64,000 nucleotides of DNA from Bacteriovoracia bacterium (GTDB lineage: Bacteria > Bdellovibrionota > UBA1018 > CAIPTA01): assembly GCA_050246755.1 (NCBI GenBank), contig JBFWVL010000001.1:736001-800000 (forward strand), in the 5' to 3' direction. Shown here piece after piece: positions 20,073 through 28,735 of this stretch (position 1 is the first letter of the stretch; every line of letters starts with the position of its first letter). A program made the position numbers and the translations under genes. Below the pieces are notes generated by a model. That model saw nothing but the letters and a program-made list of their open reading frames with translations. It made no database searches and was not told where the DNA came from.

Positions 20073-21200
20073 ATGTTGAAACGGAAAATTGTTGCAGTTC
20101 TTTTGCTATCCTTCGGTGTGCTCGCGCTCTCCGGCACCGATGCGTTTGCCCTCAAGCATCGCCCGAAGGCCAAGGCGATCCCCAAGGTAAATCCCGTGCT
20201 CACGCGCAACTGGGGCCTCGATAACCAGGAACGCGCCTCCCACATCAATGCGAAAAAAGCGTGGAAGATCGCTAAGGCGAATAAAGAAGTGATCGTGGCC
20301 GTGATCGACACCGGCATCGACGCCAATCATCCGCTCATTAAAGACCACCTCTGGCGCGAGAAGAAAACCGGCGCCTACGGCTTCGATTTCATCACCAATA
20401 AAATCAATCCCCAAGATCCTCACGGCCACGGCACCCACGTGGCGGGAATCGTGCTCGCTGCCGCGGGCGCCGAATCCAATAAAAAATCCAAAGTACGCCT
20501 GATGCCGATCCGGTACTACGCCGAGAGCGATTCGCGCACGAACCACCTCGATTTCACCGTGAAGGCGATTGAATACGCCGTGGATCACGGCGCCAAGATC
20601 ATCAACTTCTCCGCTGAGGGCATAGGATTCAACCGCGCCGAATACCGCGCCATCCAACGCGCGCAAGCCAAGGGCGTGCTCTTCGTGACCGCCGCTGGAA
20701 ACCAATCGCAGGACAACGACGCCAGCTCTTCGCCCTGTTACCCCGCGTCCTACGACCTGCCAAACATCATCACCGTGGCCGCCACCAATATCCGCAACGA
20801 ACTCGTGCCGAGCTCGAACTGGGGTGCTAAGCACGTGCACGTAGCGGCTCCCGGCGAGAATATTTTCTCCACTCTGCCCAATAACGCCTACGGCTACCTC
20901 ACGGGAACTAGCCAAGCCACGGCCTACGTGTCGGGCGTAGCGGCGATGCTGCTTTCGGAAAACCCCAAGCTCACGCCCAGCGACCTCAAATCGATTATCG
21001 AGAAGTCCTCGGACCCAATCCCCGCCCTAAAATCCAAGGTCGTAGCGGGTGGACGCATCAATGCCTATTCGGCTCTCTTAGAGGCCCGTGCAGAGCGTAA
21101 GGGCTCACCGGTGGCCAGCGTGGCGGTATCCGAAGCCCCAATCCCGTCCTTCCCGCTCAATCTCCTGCCAGAGGCTCGCGGACTCATGGGCGCACCCTAG
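20073..21200 (+). CDS. Secreted subtilisin-like S8 serine protease
   Basis: Triad motifs VIDTG, HGTHVAG, GTSQAT; AAGN; signal peptide. Confidence 0.93.
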   Translation: MLKRKIVAVLLLSFGVLALSGTDAFALKHRPKAKAIPKVNPVLTRNWGLDNQERASHINAKKAWKIAKANKEVIVAVIDTGIDANHPLIKDHLWREKKTGAYGFDFITNKINPQDPHGHGTHVAGIVLAAAGAESNKKSKVRLMPIRYYAESDSRTNHLDFTVKAIEYAVDHGAKIINFSAEGIGFNRAEYRAIQRAQAKGVLFVTAAGNQSQDNDASSSPCYPASYDLPNIITVAATNIRNELVPSSNWGAKHVHVAAPGENIFSTLPNNAYGYLTGTSQATAYVSGVAAMLLSENPKLTPSDLKSIIEKSSDPIPALKSKVVAGGRINAYSALLEARAERKGSPVASVAVSEAPIPSFPLNLLPEARGLMGAP

Positions 21201-21327
21201 CCGCCAAAAGCGCCCTATTTTCAGACCCTTACTTTCTTCATTTGTTGCTCCCTATCGGGCCCCAAACCTCTTACCCGCTAACGGCCAACCGCCCGCCGCC
21301 AACGGCGATCCCATTCCCCTTTCATTC

Positions 21328-21356
21328 TTGACACTTAGGATACCAGCCGCTAAAAC
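21328..21356 (+). promoter_or_regulatory. Sigma70-type promoter of rplU-rpmA
   Basis: TTGACA-N17-TAAAAC. Confidence 0.6.
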
Positions 21357-21436
21357 AGCATTTCCCGCAAATCACGCGCAAAGTCGTTCGATTGCATTGC
21401 CTGCAAAGGCTTAGACCGAATTAGGAAGGTTTTTCG

Positions 21437-21985
21437 ATGTACGCTGTAATTCAAACTGGTGGCAAACAATACCGAGTTAAAAAGGGCGATACCGTTCAGG
21501 TAGAATTGCTCCCGCTGGATCTTGGCGGCAAAACAAATTTTAGTGAGGTTCTCCTCGTGGGCGCCGGCGCAACCGTAAAAGTTGGCCAGCCTTTCGTAGC
21601 TTCCGCCTCGGTAGCCGCCGAAGTAGTGGCTCTCGAAAAAGGCCCGAAGGTCATTGTTTACCACAAAAAGCGCCGCAAACAGTCCGACAAGAAAAACGGA
21701 CACCGCCAAGCGTATACCCGCCTCTTGATCACTGGCATCGATAACGGCGCCGGCGAAAAAGACACTCTCTCGGCTGAGGAACGCACCAAGGTTCTCGGCA
21801 ATGTGGGCTTCGCCAATGAAGACGCTTGGGCCGTGGAAGAGGAAGATTTTTCCGAAGAAGGCGAAGGAAAAACCGCTGCGCGTAAAGCCGCTCCGAAGAA
21901 AGCTGCCGCCGCCAAAAAAGCTGCTCCGAAAAAAGCCGCTCCCAAGAAGGCTGCCGGCGCTTCCAAAGCGAAGAAAACCAAATAA
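21437..21985 (+). CDS. rplU: 50S ribosomal protein L21 with long acidic plus Lys/Ala-rich C-terminal extension
   Basis: MYAVIQTGGKQYRV, GHRQ; about 80 extra residues including KAAPK repeats. Confidence 0.96.
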   Translation: MYAVIQTGGKQYRVKKGDTVQVELLPLDLGGKTNFSEVLLVGAGATVKVGQPFVASASVAAEVVALEKGPKVIVYHKKRRKQSDKKNGHRQAYTRLLITGIDNGAGEKDTLSAEERTKVLGNVGFANEDAWAVEEEDFSEEGEGKTAARKAAPKKAAAAKKAAPKKAAPKKAAGASKAKKTK

Positions 21986-22034
21986 TTTAACGAAAACCCT
22001 TTAGCGAAGAAATTCAGGAAGAGAGGCAAAAGCC

Positions 22035-22295
22035 ATGGCATCAAAAAAAGCTGGTGGTAGTACAAAAAACGGACGCGATAGTAACCCGAAGATGCGCGGA
22101 GTGAAGCGCTTTGGCGGAGAAAACGTTAAAGCCGGAAACATCCTCGTGCGCCAAGTGGGCACCGTGTTTCACCCTGGTAAAAACGTGGGCCTCGGCCGCG
22201 ATTTCACCCTTTTCGCCCTCATTAACGGCGTAGTGAAATTCGAGAATAAAGATCGCAAGCGCCAAAAAGTTTCGGTCGTTCCCGTAGCAGTTTAA
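22035..22295 (+). CDS. rpmA: 50S ribosomal protein L27
   Basis: [32 protein letters not shown]. Confidence 0.98.
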   Translation: MASKKAGGSTKNGRDSNPKMRGVKRFGGENVKAGNILVRQVGTVFHPGKNVGLGRDFTLFALINGVVKFENKDRKRQKVSVVPVAV

Positions 22296-22322
22296 GCTTT
22301 TAGATCTAATCTAAGCTTTAGG

Positions 22323-22350
22323 AGGCATTCTTCGCGAGAAGAGTGCCTTT
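22323..22350 (+). terminator. Probable terminator after rpmA
   Basis: AGGCATTCTTC-GCGA-GAAGAGTGCCT then TTCTGCTTTT. Confidence 0.7.
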
Positions 22351-22461
22351 CTGCTTTTAGGCCTATTGCCTCCGACTAAGCTTTATACGGCCGTTGAACT
22401 GCCTATAAATGTCTCCGCCCGGAAACACCCCATAATTTGCTGATTTTACTAGTATTTTTTC

Positions 22462-22477
22462 TGGCACGGGCTCTGCT
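22462..22477 (+). promoter_or_regulatory. Sigma54 -24/-12 promoter upstream of small basic membrane protein
   Basis: TGGCACGGGCTCTGCT = GG-N10-GC with AT-rich tract upstream. Confidence 0.65.
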
Positions 22478-22525
22478 CTACTTCCGGCAAGACCTTTTAA
22501 AACCGAGAAATAGGGAGAATAGTTT

Positions 22526-22771
22526 ATGAAACAAGTAAAAACCCCCAAGCTGCCGAAGGCCCCCAAAGCACCCAAGATGCCCGGCGTTAGCCGCAAGAAA
22601 AAGAAAAAGGCCGGCCACAATCATAAATATTTTTTATTTTTGATCGCCGCCTTCGTAGCCGTAGGCGTAGTAGGCTGGCAGTTTAAGGCCGACGCCAACC
22701 CCGAGTTTCAGGTGAGCCCCGTGATCGCCAAGAAAGTTCGCACCAATTACGTAGAGCTCAAGCACCGTTAA
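22526..22771 (+). CDS. Small Lys/Pro-rich single-pass membrane protein of unknown function
   Basis: SD AGGGAG; PKxPK repeats, KKKKK, hydrophobic segment YFLFLIAAFVAVGVVGW; own promoter and terminator. Confidence 0.7.
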   Translation: MKQVKTPKLPKAPKAPKMPGVSRKKKKKAGHNHKYFLFLIAAFVAVGVVGWQFKADANPEFQVSPVIAKKVRTNYVELKHR

Positions 22772-22796
22772 AATCACTTTAATAGCCCCCCTCCCC

Positions 22797-22833
22797 GCGG
22801 CGCAGGATCCCCCTCCTAGCGCCGCTTTTTTTT
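22797..22833 (+). terminator. Rho-independent terminator
   Basis: GCGGCGC...GCGCCGC stem followed by T8. Confidence 0.8.
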
Positions 22834-22894
22834 GTTATAATTACGCCTTGCGTTCCCCCCTCCCTCCAGGCTAGAAACTCAGACCAACCGCGTT

Positions 22895-23923
22895 ATGAGA
22901 TTCATCGACGAAGCACAAATTTATTTAAAAGCCGGCCACGGTGGCCCGGGCTCCGTTAGTTTCCGTCGGGAAACGATGGAACCTCGTGGCGGCCCCGACG
23001 GCGGCGACGGCGGCCGCGGTGGGCATATCTACCTCCAAGTAGACCCCAACCTTTCCACCCTTATGGATTTCCGTTTTCGTAAAAAGCATATTGCCCGCGC
23101 GGGCGATCAAGGCAGCGGCAAGAAAAAAGCCGGCCGCGACGGCGACGATATTATCCTTCCTATTCCCGTTGGCACCATCGTGCGCGACGCTGCCACCGAC
23201 GAAGTTATTTTCGAAGCACTCTCGAAAACCGAGGAGCCTTTCCTGCTCTGCAAGGGTGGGCGCGGCGGCAAGGGCAATACGCACTTTGCCACCTCCACGC
23301 ACCAAACTCCCCGCTTCGCCCAACCCGGCGAAGAAGGCCAAGAGCGCGAAATTAAGCTTGAGCTAAAACTCCTCGCCGATGTTGGCTTGGTAGGATTTCC
23401 CAACGTAGGAAAATCCAGCCTGATCGCCGCGATCTCCGCGGCGCGCCCGAAAATCGCCGACTACGCCTTTACCACCCTTACGCCGAATCTTGGCGTGGTC
23501 CGCATCGACGAAGAACGTACCTTCGTGGTGGCCGACGTTCCCGGCCTGGTAGAGGGCGCGCACGAGGGTATCGGCCTTGGTATCCGCTTCCTAAAACACC
23601 TCGAGCGCACGAAAATTTATATCCATATTCTCGACGCCGCCTCCCTCCGCGACATGGAGCACGACTACGAAGTGGTTCGCAAAGAACTGGCCGCATTCAA
23701 TCCTGAGCTGCTTAATCACAAAGAGATCATCGTATTTAATAAGATCGACGCTGCCCAGGATACGGAATCGATGGATGCCTTCTGCGCCAAGCTCGACCAA
23801 GAGCACAAGCTCTACCGCAAAATCTCAGTGGCCACGCGTGAAGGCGTGCCCGAGCTCGTGTCGCTAATGGCCGATTGCCTCTTCACCGACAAATACGATT
23901 TCGCCTTGCCCGAGGCAAAATGA
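22895..23923 (+). CDS. obgE: GTPase ObgE/CgtA
   Basis: GGPDGGDGGRGG, GFPNVGKSS, YAFTTL, DVPG, NKID. Confidence 0.98.
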   Translation: MRFIDEAQIYLKAGHGGPGSVSFRRETMEPRGGPDGGDGGRGGHIYLQVDPNLSTLMDFRFRKKHIARAGDQGSGKKKAGRDGDDIILPIPVGTIVRDAATDEVIFEALSKTEEPFLLCKGGRGGKGNTHFATSTHQTPRFAQPGEEGQEREIKLELKLLADVGLVGFPNVGKSSLIAAISAARPKIADYAFTTLTPNLGVVRIDEERTFVVADVPGLVEGAHEGIGLGIRFLKHLERTKIYIHILDAASLRDMEHDYEVVRKELAAFNPELLNHKEIIVFNKIDAAQDTESMDAFCAKLDQEHKLYRKISVATREGVPELVSLMADCLFTDKYDFALPEAK

Positions 23924-24525
23924 TCGACTTCCGTCGGTCCACGGCTCTCTTCGGTGGCAGTTTCGACCCCGTTCACGACGGTCACCTCCATATAGCGAAA
24001 TCTCTCCGCGAGCGCCGGCCCGATATCGAGCAGATCGTTTTCGTGCCCACCTCGCATAGCCCGGGCAAAGCTCCCGCGCTGGCTTCCGCCGAAGATCGTT
24101 TGCGCTGGCTAAAGCTCGTAACCGAGCCGCTGGGGTTTCTGGTTTGGGACGAAGAAATTCTCCGCGGCGGCGAGAGCTATACCGTGGATACCTTGAAGGC
24201 CGCTCATGCGCATGGCGCGGCTAAAGAGCGCTTATATTGGGTGGTTGGAGGTGATGCCTACGTGCATTTCACCCATTGGCGGGATCCCGGAACGATTCGG
24301 TCCTTGGCCCAACTGATCGTGGTAAACCGCCCGGGAATTTTATTGCCCGCCCAGAGCCCCGGGGATGTGATCCTCGAAATCGTTCCGCATACCGCTAGCT
24401 CCAGCGGCATACGCGCGGCTTTAGCCGCGGAAGAACAAACTATTCCGTATTTACCAGAACCCGTGCGACAGGATTTAACCGGCCTTTTTTTGCGGTCGGC
24501 CAGCCCCTATGTTAGAAAAAAGTGA
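23920..24525 (+). CDS. nadD: Nicotinate-nucleotide adenylyltransferase
   Basis: GGSFDPVHDGH, SYTVDTL, SSSGIR; obgE-nadD-rsfS synteny. Confidence 0.92.
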   Translation: MIDFRRSTALFGGSFDPVHDGHLHIAKSLRERRPDIEQIVFVPTSHSPGKAPALASAEDRLRWLKLVTEPLGFLVWDEEILRGGESYTVDTLKAAHAHGAAKERLYWVVGGDAYVHFTHWRDPGTIRSLAQLIVVNRPGILLPAQSPGDVILEIVPHTASSSGIRAALAAEEQTIPYLPEPVRQDLTGLFLRSASPYVRKK

Positions 24526-24936
24526 ATGATGGACGCTAAAAAACTCGCCGAACTATGTGCCCTTAAATGCCTCGATAAAAAGGCCGAAAACGTGGTGATT
24601 CTCGACCTCGAAAATCGCTCTTCGGTGGCCGACTATTTCGTGGTTTGCAGCGGTTTTTCCGACCGCCAAGTGGCCGCGGTGGCCGATTACGTATCCAGCG
24701 AATTGCGCCAGCAGGGAATCAAAGCGCTGAGTGAAGAAGGTCTAGTGGAAGGACGCTGGGCGCTCATCGATTTCGGCTCCGTGATCGTGCACGTTTTTCA
24801 GGATCAGCTGCGCGATTATTACAGCCTCGAAGCCCTCTGGATGGATGCTCCGCGGATCCGCGCCCAGGAAGACGGCAGCTTCACTAAAATGTCCGGCGTA
24901 AAACCCTCTTATAGCCCAGGCACCGCGAGCTTCTGA
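24526..24936 (+). CDS. rsfS: Ribosome silencing factor
   Basis: DKKAE, DYFVVCSG, WALIDFG, HVF, YSLEALW. Confidence 0.95.
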   Translation: MMDAKKLAELCALKCLDKKAENVVILDLENRSSVADYFVVCSGFSDRQVAAVADYVSSELRQQGIKALSEEGLVEGRWALIDFGSVIVHVFQDQLRDYYSLEALWMDAPRIRAQEDGSFTKMSGVKPSYSPGTASF

Positions 24937-26162
24937 CCGCGAATTCCCTCGATCACCGCCGAGAAACGGTGAAACTCGGGTAAAAGATCCGTCCTATCTT
25001 CAGAATCCATAAAGTCGATCAGTCCGCGAACCTCGCCCAGGAATTTTTCCGCGCCTCGATCGGGAGCCCGGCGCTCCCATTCGCCCCAGGCACTACGCCC
25101 GCTTTGGATGAATTCTTCTATGCGCCGGCGCGCTTCAGCCTTTACCGAGGAGGGCAATACCTTCACGCTTAGGCACTCCGGCACGTTCAGCGCCCCAAGA
25201 ACCGGAAAGGGAAAGAAGGTGGGATAATTCTCCGCAAGATAATTAATCAAAGCGGGAATATGAAAAATATTGTGAATTTGAACAGTGATATTGAAGCATA
25301 CGTAAGTGAGGTTCCATTCGTTTTGCTTTTCCCGGATACGCGAAAGATTTTTTTCGATCTCCCTAAATTTCGAGGGGAAGCGGATATAGTCGTTCACCTC
25401 ACCCACCCCATCCACGCTCACCATTAAACGCACGGACTTAAACCGCGGAAATAACGCCAGCAGCTTCTCGGGCAGATACGTCGCGTTGGTATTGAAGCTC
25501 AGGGAAATCTCTTTTGCATCGTGCCTCTGAGCCAACCCCTCCACCACCGTTGCCACTTCCGGAATGAGAAACGGCTCCCCTCCGGCAAAATGGGCCTCGC
25601 GTAAAGCTTCGGCACTATTTAATAGCCCGGAAAGGAGGGAACTATTTTTATGCCAGTCGATGGCGGCTTGCTGCTGAAAATCCTCTTTGGCCTCTGGATA
25701 AAGCAAACGAAAGTCTGCGGCCAGCTTGCGGGAGGATACCGGGCTGCACATTTGGCAGCGCAAATTACAAAAATTTCCCAGCCTCAGGTCCACACTGAAA
25801 AGCTCCAGGGGAAGGCTGCCGTCGGGCTGCATTCGCGCCGCCGCCCGTGCGGCTTCCCGGCCGAAACTGCGGTTAGAAACTTCCCGCAGGCTCATCAGGC
25901 CGTGGCCCTCGAGCCCGAAACACCGCTTACAGGCCGCGGGCTTCTCGCCCGCCAAAAGGCTCTTTCTTACATTTCTCTGAGTAGGAGAATTCCATGCACG
26001 CGAGAGATCCTCTGGGTTCCTCACCGAAATGGCTTCTCCGCTTTCGTCGCGATTCACCGCGCCCGTTTCGAGCGTATAGCAGCAAGGAAATGATTTCCCC
26101 TCCTCGCTCAAGAAAAGGTGGCCGAAAGGAAGGGCGCAAAAGGTGGGAGAAGTTGTGCTCAC
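24909..26162 (-). CDS. Radical SAM protein with N-terminal twitch/SPASM-like domain
   Basis: FCALPF..PCC..WNS..CKRC then CNLRCQMC, GGEP, TN, SVDG; GTG start overlaps upstream stop (GTGA). Confidence 0.88.
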   Translation of the reverse strand: MSTTSPTFCALPFGHLFLSEEGKSFPCCYTLETGAVNRDESGEAISVRNPEDLSRAWNSPTQRNVRKSLLAGEKPAACKRCFGLEGHGLMSLREVSNRSFGREAARAAARMQPDGSLPLELFSVDLRLGNFCNLRCQMCSPVSSRKLAADFRLLYPEAKEDFQQQAAIDWHKNSSLLSGLLNSAEALREAHFAGGEPFLIPEVATVVEGLAQRHDAKEISLSFNTNATYLPEKLLALFPRFKSVRLMVSVDGVGEVNDYIRFPSKFREIEKNLSRIREKQNEWNLTYVCFNITVQIHNIFHIPALINYLAENYPTFFPFPVLGALNVPECLSVKVLPSSVKAEARRRIEEFIQSGRSAWGEWERRAPDRGAEKFLGEVRGLIDFMDSEDRTDLLPEFHRFSAVIEGIRGQKLAVPGL

Positions 26163-27196
26163 TCGAGATTGGTTCTCCAGCGGAAAGACCGCGCCGGCGC
26201 GCGCTCGTTTTTCCAGAGCGCCAGGAATTCCGCGTATTCCGGATGCTCGGGAAGGTGAACCGCTTCCTTGGCGAAGGAGATTCCCATTCGCTCCCAAGGG
26301 AAAAGCTGGGAAACATAAACTTCATCGGCCCCAAGGCTTTCGGCCATGCTCAGGAAAGCCGGTAACGAACGGAAGTTTTCCGCACGCAAAACGTAGGTAA
26401 GCCCGAGAAAATCAAAGCGTCCTATTTTTCTCTGTTTAGCCATCCAAAGCAGATTTTGCAGCAGGCGCGCCCAGTCGCCGCCACGCACTTTCTGATAGGT
26501 TTCGGCGTCGCCCGCGTCGATGCTCACGTTCACGCTGCGAATAAAGTTGGAACCCGGCATCAGGGCGTGCAGGGTGTCCGCATCGAACAAAACTCCGTTG
26601 GTGAGAACGTCCACTTTTTCGAGCTTCGGAAATCTTTCCCGGCTGAAGGAGCGCAGGATCTCCCGGAGAGCAGGACTGAAAAATACCTCCCCATCGCCCG
26701 CGAGTTTCACGATCCGGAGGCTCTTCCCGTGAGTGGCCAGCAGACTCTGCGTCTTCTGCACGGAATCCTCGATGGCGGAGCTATTTTGTAAAATGGGCGA
26801 GGGCCGGCAGGAGCCACAGGCCAAATTGCAGCGGGGGTCCCCCATTACGGTCAAGGCGGCAGGCCCTTCGGGCAAAATCGTTTTCCCGGCCAATAAAGCA
26901 TCCAAATTCCCGGCGCTGATCGGAAGCTCCCCCGGCTGGCTTTGCCGGGCACGAAGTTCCTTTTCCGTCAGGAGGGTGGTGGCACAACGCTCTAAATGGC
27001 AATAGCGGTAGCTGCCATCCAATACGGACGCCCGGAGGGCTTGAGCCGAAGGCCCGTTCCAAGGGTCAGCGCCGGAATCCAGACCTAAAAACTCCTTGGT
27101 TAACCAAGACTGGCAGCAAGGAATAAAGGGTTTTCCCGGGCTTTCCAGCCGGGAAAATGGATAAGGGCAGATGCGCCCGCTGACGCTAGTAGACAT
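26159..27196 (-). CDS. Radical SAM protein with N-terminal twitch/SPASM-like domain
   Basis: CPYPF..PCC..WNG..YCxxxxC then CNLACGSC, GDGE, TNG, SIDAG. Confidence 0.88.
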   Translation of the reverse strand: MSTSVSGRICPYPFSRLESPGKPFIPCCQSWLTKEFLGLDSGADPWNGPSAQALRASVLDGSYRYCHLERCATTLLTEKELRARQSQPGELPISAGNLDALLAGKTILPEGPAALTVMGDPRCNLACGSCRPSPILQNSSAIEDSVQKTQSLLATHGKSLRIVKLAGDGEVFFSPALREILRSFSRERFPKLEKVDVLTNGVLFDADTLHALMPGSNFIRSVNVSIDAGDAETYQKVRGGDWARLLQNLLWMAKQRKIGRFDFLGLTYVLRAENFRSLPAFLSMAESLGADEVYVSQLFPWERMGISFAKEAVHLPEHPEYAEFLALWKNERAPARSFRWRTNLE

Positions 27197-27280
27197 AGTG
27201 CTGAGACTAGCTCCAATACGAGAAGAATTCTACTCGTCCCTAGATTGCATTCAGCTGCGTCAAAGTGCTAAAAATCCGCC

Positions 27281-28705
27281 ATGGCCGATCCCAAGAACGA
27301 TGATCTCCCAGCGGACCCGAATAAACCCCTGAAAGACCTGAGCGATATGCAAACGCTCGTGTCGCTTTGTAAGCGTCGGGGCTTTATTTTTCCATCTTCC
27401 GAAATTTACGGCGGAATTAATTCCTGCTGGGACTATGGCCCGCTCGGCGTGGAGCTAAAGCTCGCGGTGAAGGACTCCTGGTGGAAATCCATGACCCGTG
27501 CGCAGGACGACGTGGAAGGCGTGGATGCTTCCATCCTCATGCACCCCAAAGTTTGGGAAGCATCCGGGCACGTGGAAAACTTCAACGATCCCCTCGTGGA
27601 TTGCAAAAAATGCAAAGCGCGCCATCGTGCTGACCACTTGAAGCCCGTGAAGCAGCTAGAGGAAAAATTGGGCTTTCTTCCTTCGCTCGAGGAAATGACC
27701 AAAGCGCTCGAGGGCGCTACCTGCCCGAGCTGCGGAACCAAGGGCGAGCTCACCGCGCCCCGCATGTTCAATATGATGTTTTCCACCTACATGGGCCCCG
27801 TGGCCGATCCGGCGAACATCGTTTATCTGCGCCCCGAAACCGCGCAGGGAATTTTTGTGAATTTCCGTAACGTGCAGGAAACCATGCGCCGCAAGCTCCC
27901 TTTCGGGATCGCCCAAATCGGCAAAGCTTTCCGCAACGAGATCACCCCCGGAAACTTCATTTTTCGCACCCGGGAATTCGAGCAAATGGAAATGCAGTAT
28001 TTCGTCGCTCCCGGCAGCGATACCGAGCATTTCGAAAAATGGCGCGCTACGCGCTGGGCTTGGCACGTGGCCAACGGGATCCGCGAAAATAAAATGCGCT
28101 TCCATCCCCATGGCCCCAACGAGCTCGCCCACTACGCGAAGCAGGCGGGAGACATTCAATACGAATTCCCGATCGGCTGGCAGGAAGTGGAAGGGATTCA
28201 CAACCGCACCGATTTCGATTTGAGCCGCCATACCCAGTTCTCGGGAAAAAACCTCCAGTACGTGGACGAACAGGCCAATAAAATCATTCCCTACGTGATC
28301 GAAACCTCCGTGGGCTGCGATCGCTTCATCCTCACCGTTCTTTGCGACGCGTACCGCTTCAACGAAGATCGCGTGGTGATGAAGTTTCACCCGAATTTCG
28401 CGCCCTATAAGGCCGCGGTCTTCCCTCTCATGAAGAAAGACGAGCTCGTGGAGCCGGCACGAAAACTTCTCGGAGAACTGCGCAAGAACTACAAAGTGGA
28501 CTACGACGCTACCGGCTCCATCGGCAAGCGCTACCGCCGCCACGAAGAAATTGGCACGCCGTTTTGCATCACCGTGGACTATGACAGCCTCGTGGATCAC
28601 GCCGTAACCATTCGCCACCGCGATACGATGGCCCAGGAACGCATCGCGATCACGAAAGTAGAAGATTATATTGCCGACGCCTTCCGCAATTGGAAGATGT
28701 CTTAG
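27281..28705 (+). CDS. glyQS: Glycine--tRNA ligase, alpha2 (eukaryote/archaea-like) type
   Basis: [51 protein letters not shown]. Confidence 0.96.
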   Translation: MADPKNDDLPADPNKPLKDLSDMQTLVSLCKRRGFIFPSSEIYGGINSCWDYGPLGVELKLAVKDSWWKSMTRAQDDVEGVDASILMHPKVWEASGHVENFNDPLVDCKKCKARHRADHLKPVKQLEEKLGFLPSLEEMTKALEGATCPSCGTKGELTAPRMFNMMFSTYMGPVADPANIVYLRPETAQGIFVNFRNVQETMRRKLPFGIAQIGKAFRNEITPGNFIFRTREFEQMEMQYFVAPGSDTEHFEKWRATRWAWHVANGIRENKMRFHPHGPNELAHYAKQAGDIQYEFPIGWQEVEGIHNRTDFDLSRHTQFSGKNLQYVDEQANKIIPYVIETSVGCDRFILTVLCDAYRFNEDRVVMKFHPNFAPYKAAVFPLMKKDELVEPARKLLGELRKNYKVDYDATGSIGKRYRRHEEIGTPFCITVDYDSLVDHAVTIRHRDTMAQERIAITKVEDYIADAFRNWKMS

Positions 28706-28735
28706 TTTTGAAAATTAAATCGATCGGGAGAAGTT

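Noticed and set aside
21880-21960. Short tandem DNA repeats resembling an array
   Set aside because: Degenerate in-frame codons for KAAPK in the L21 tail; no repeat-spacer structure. No CRISPR array was seen anywhere in the window.
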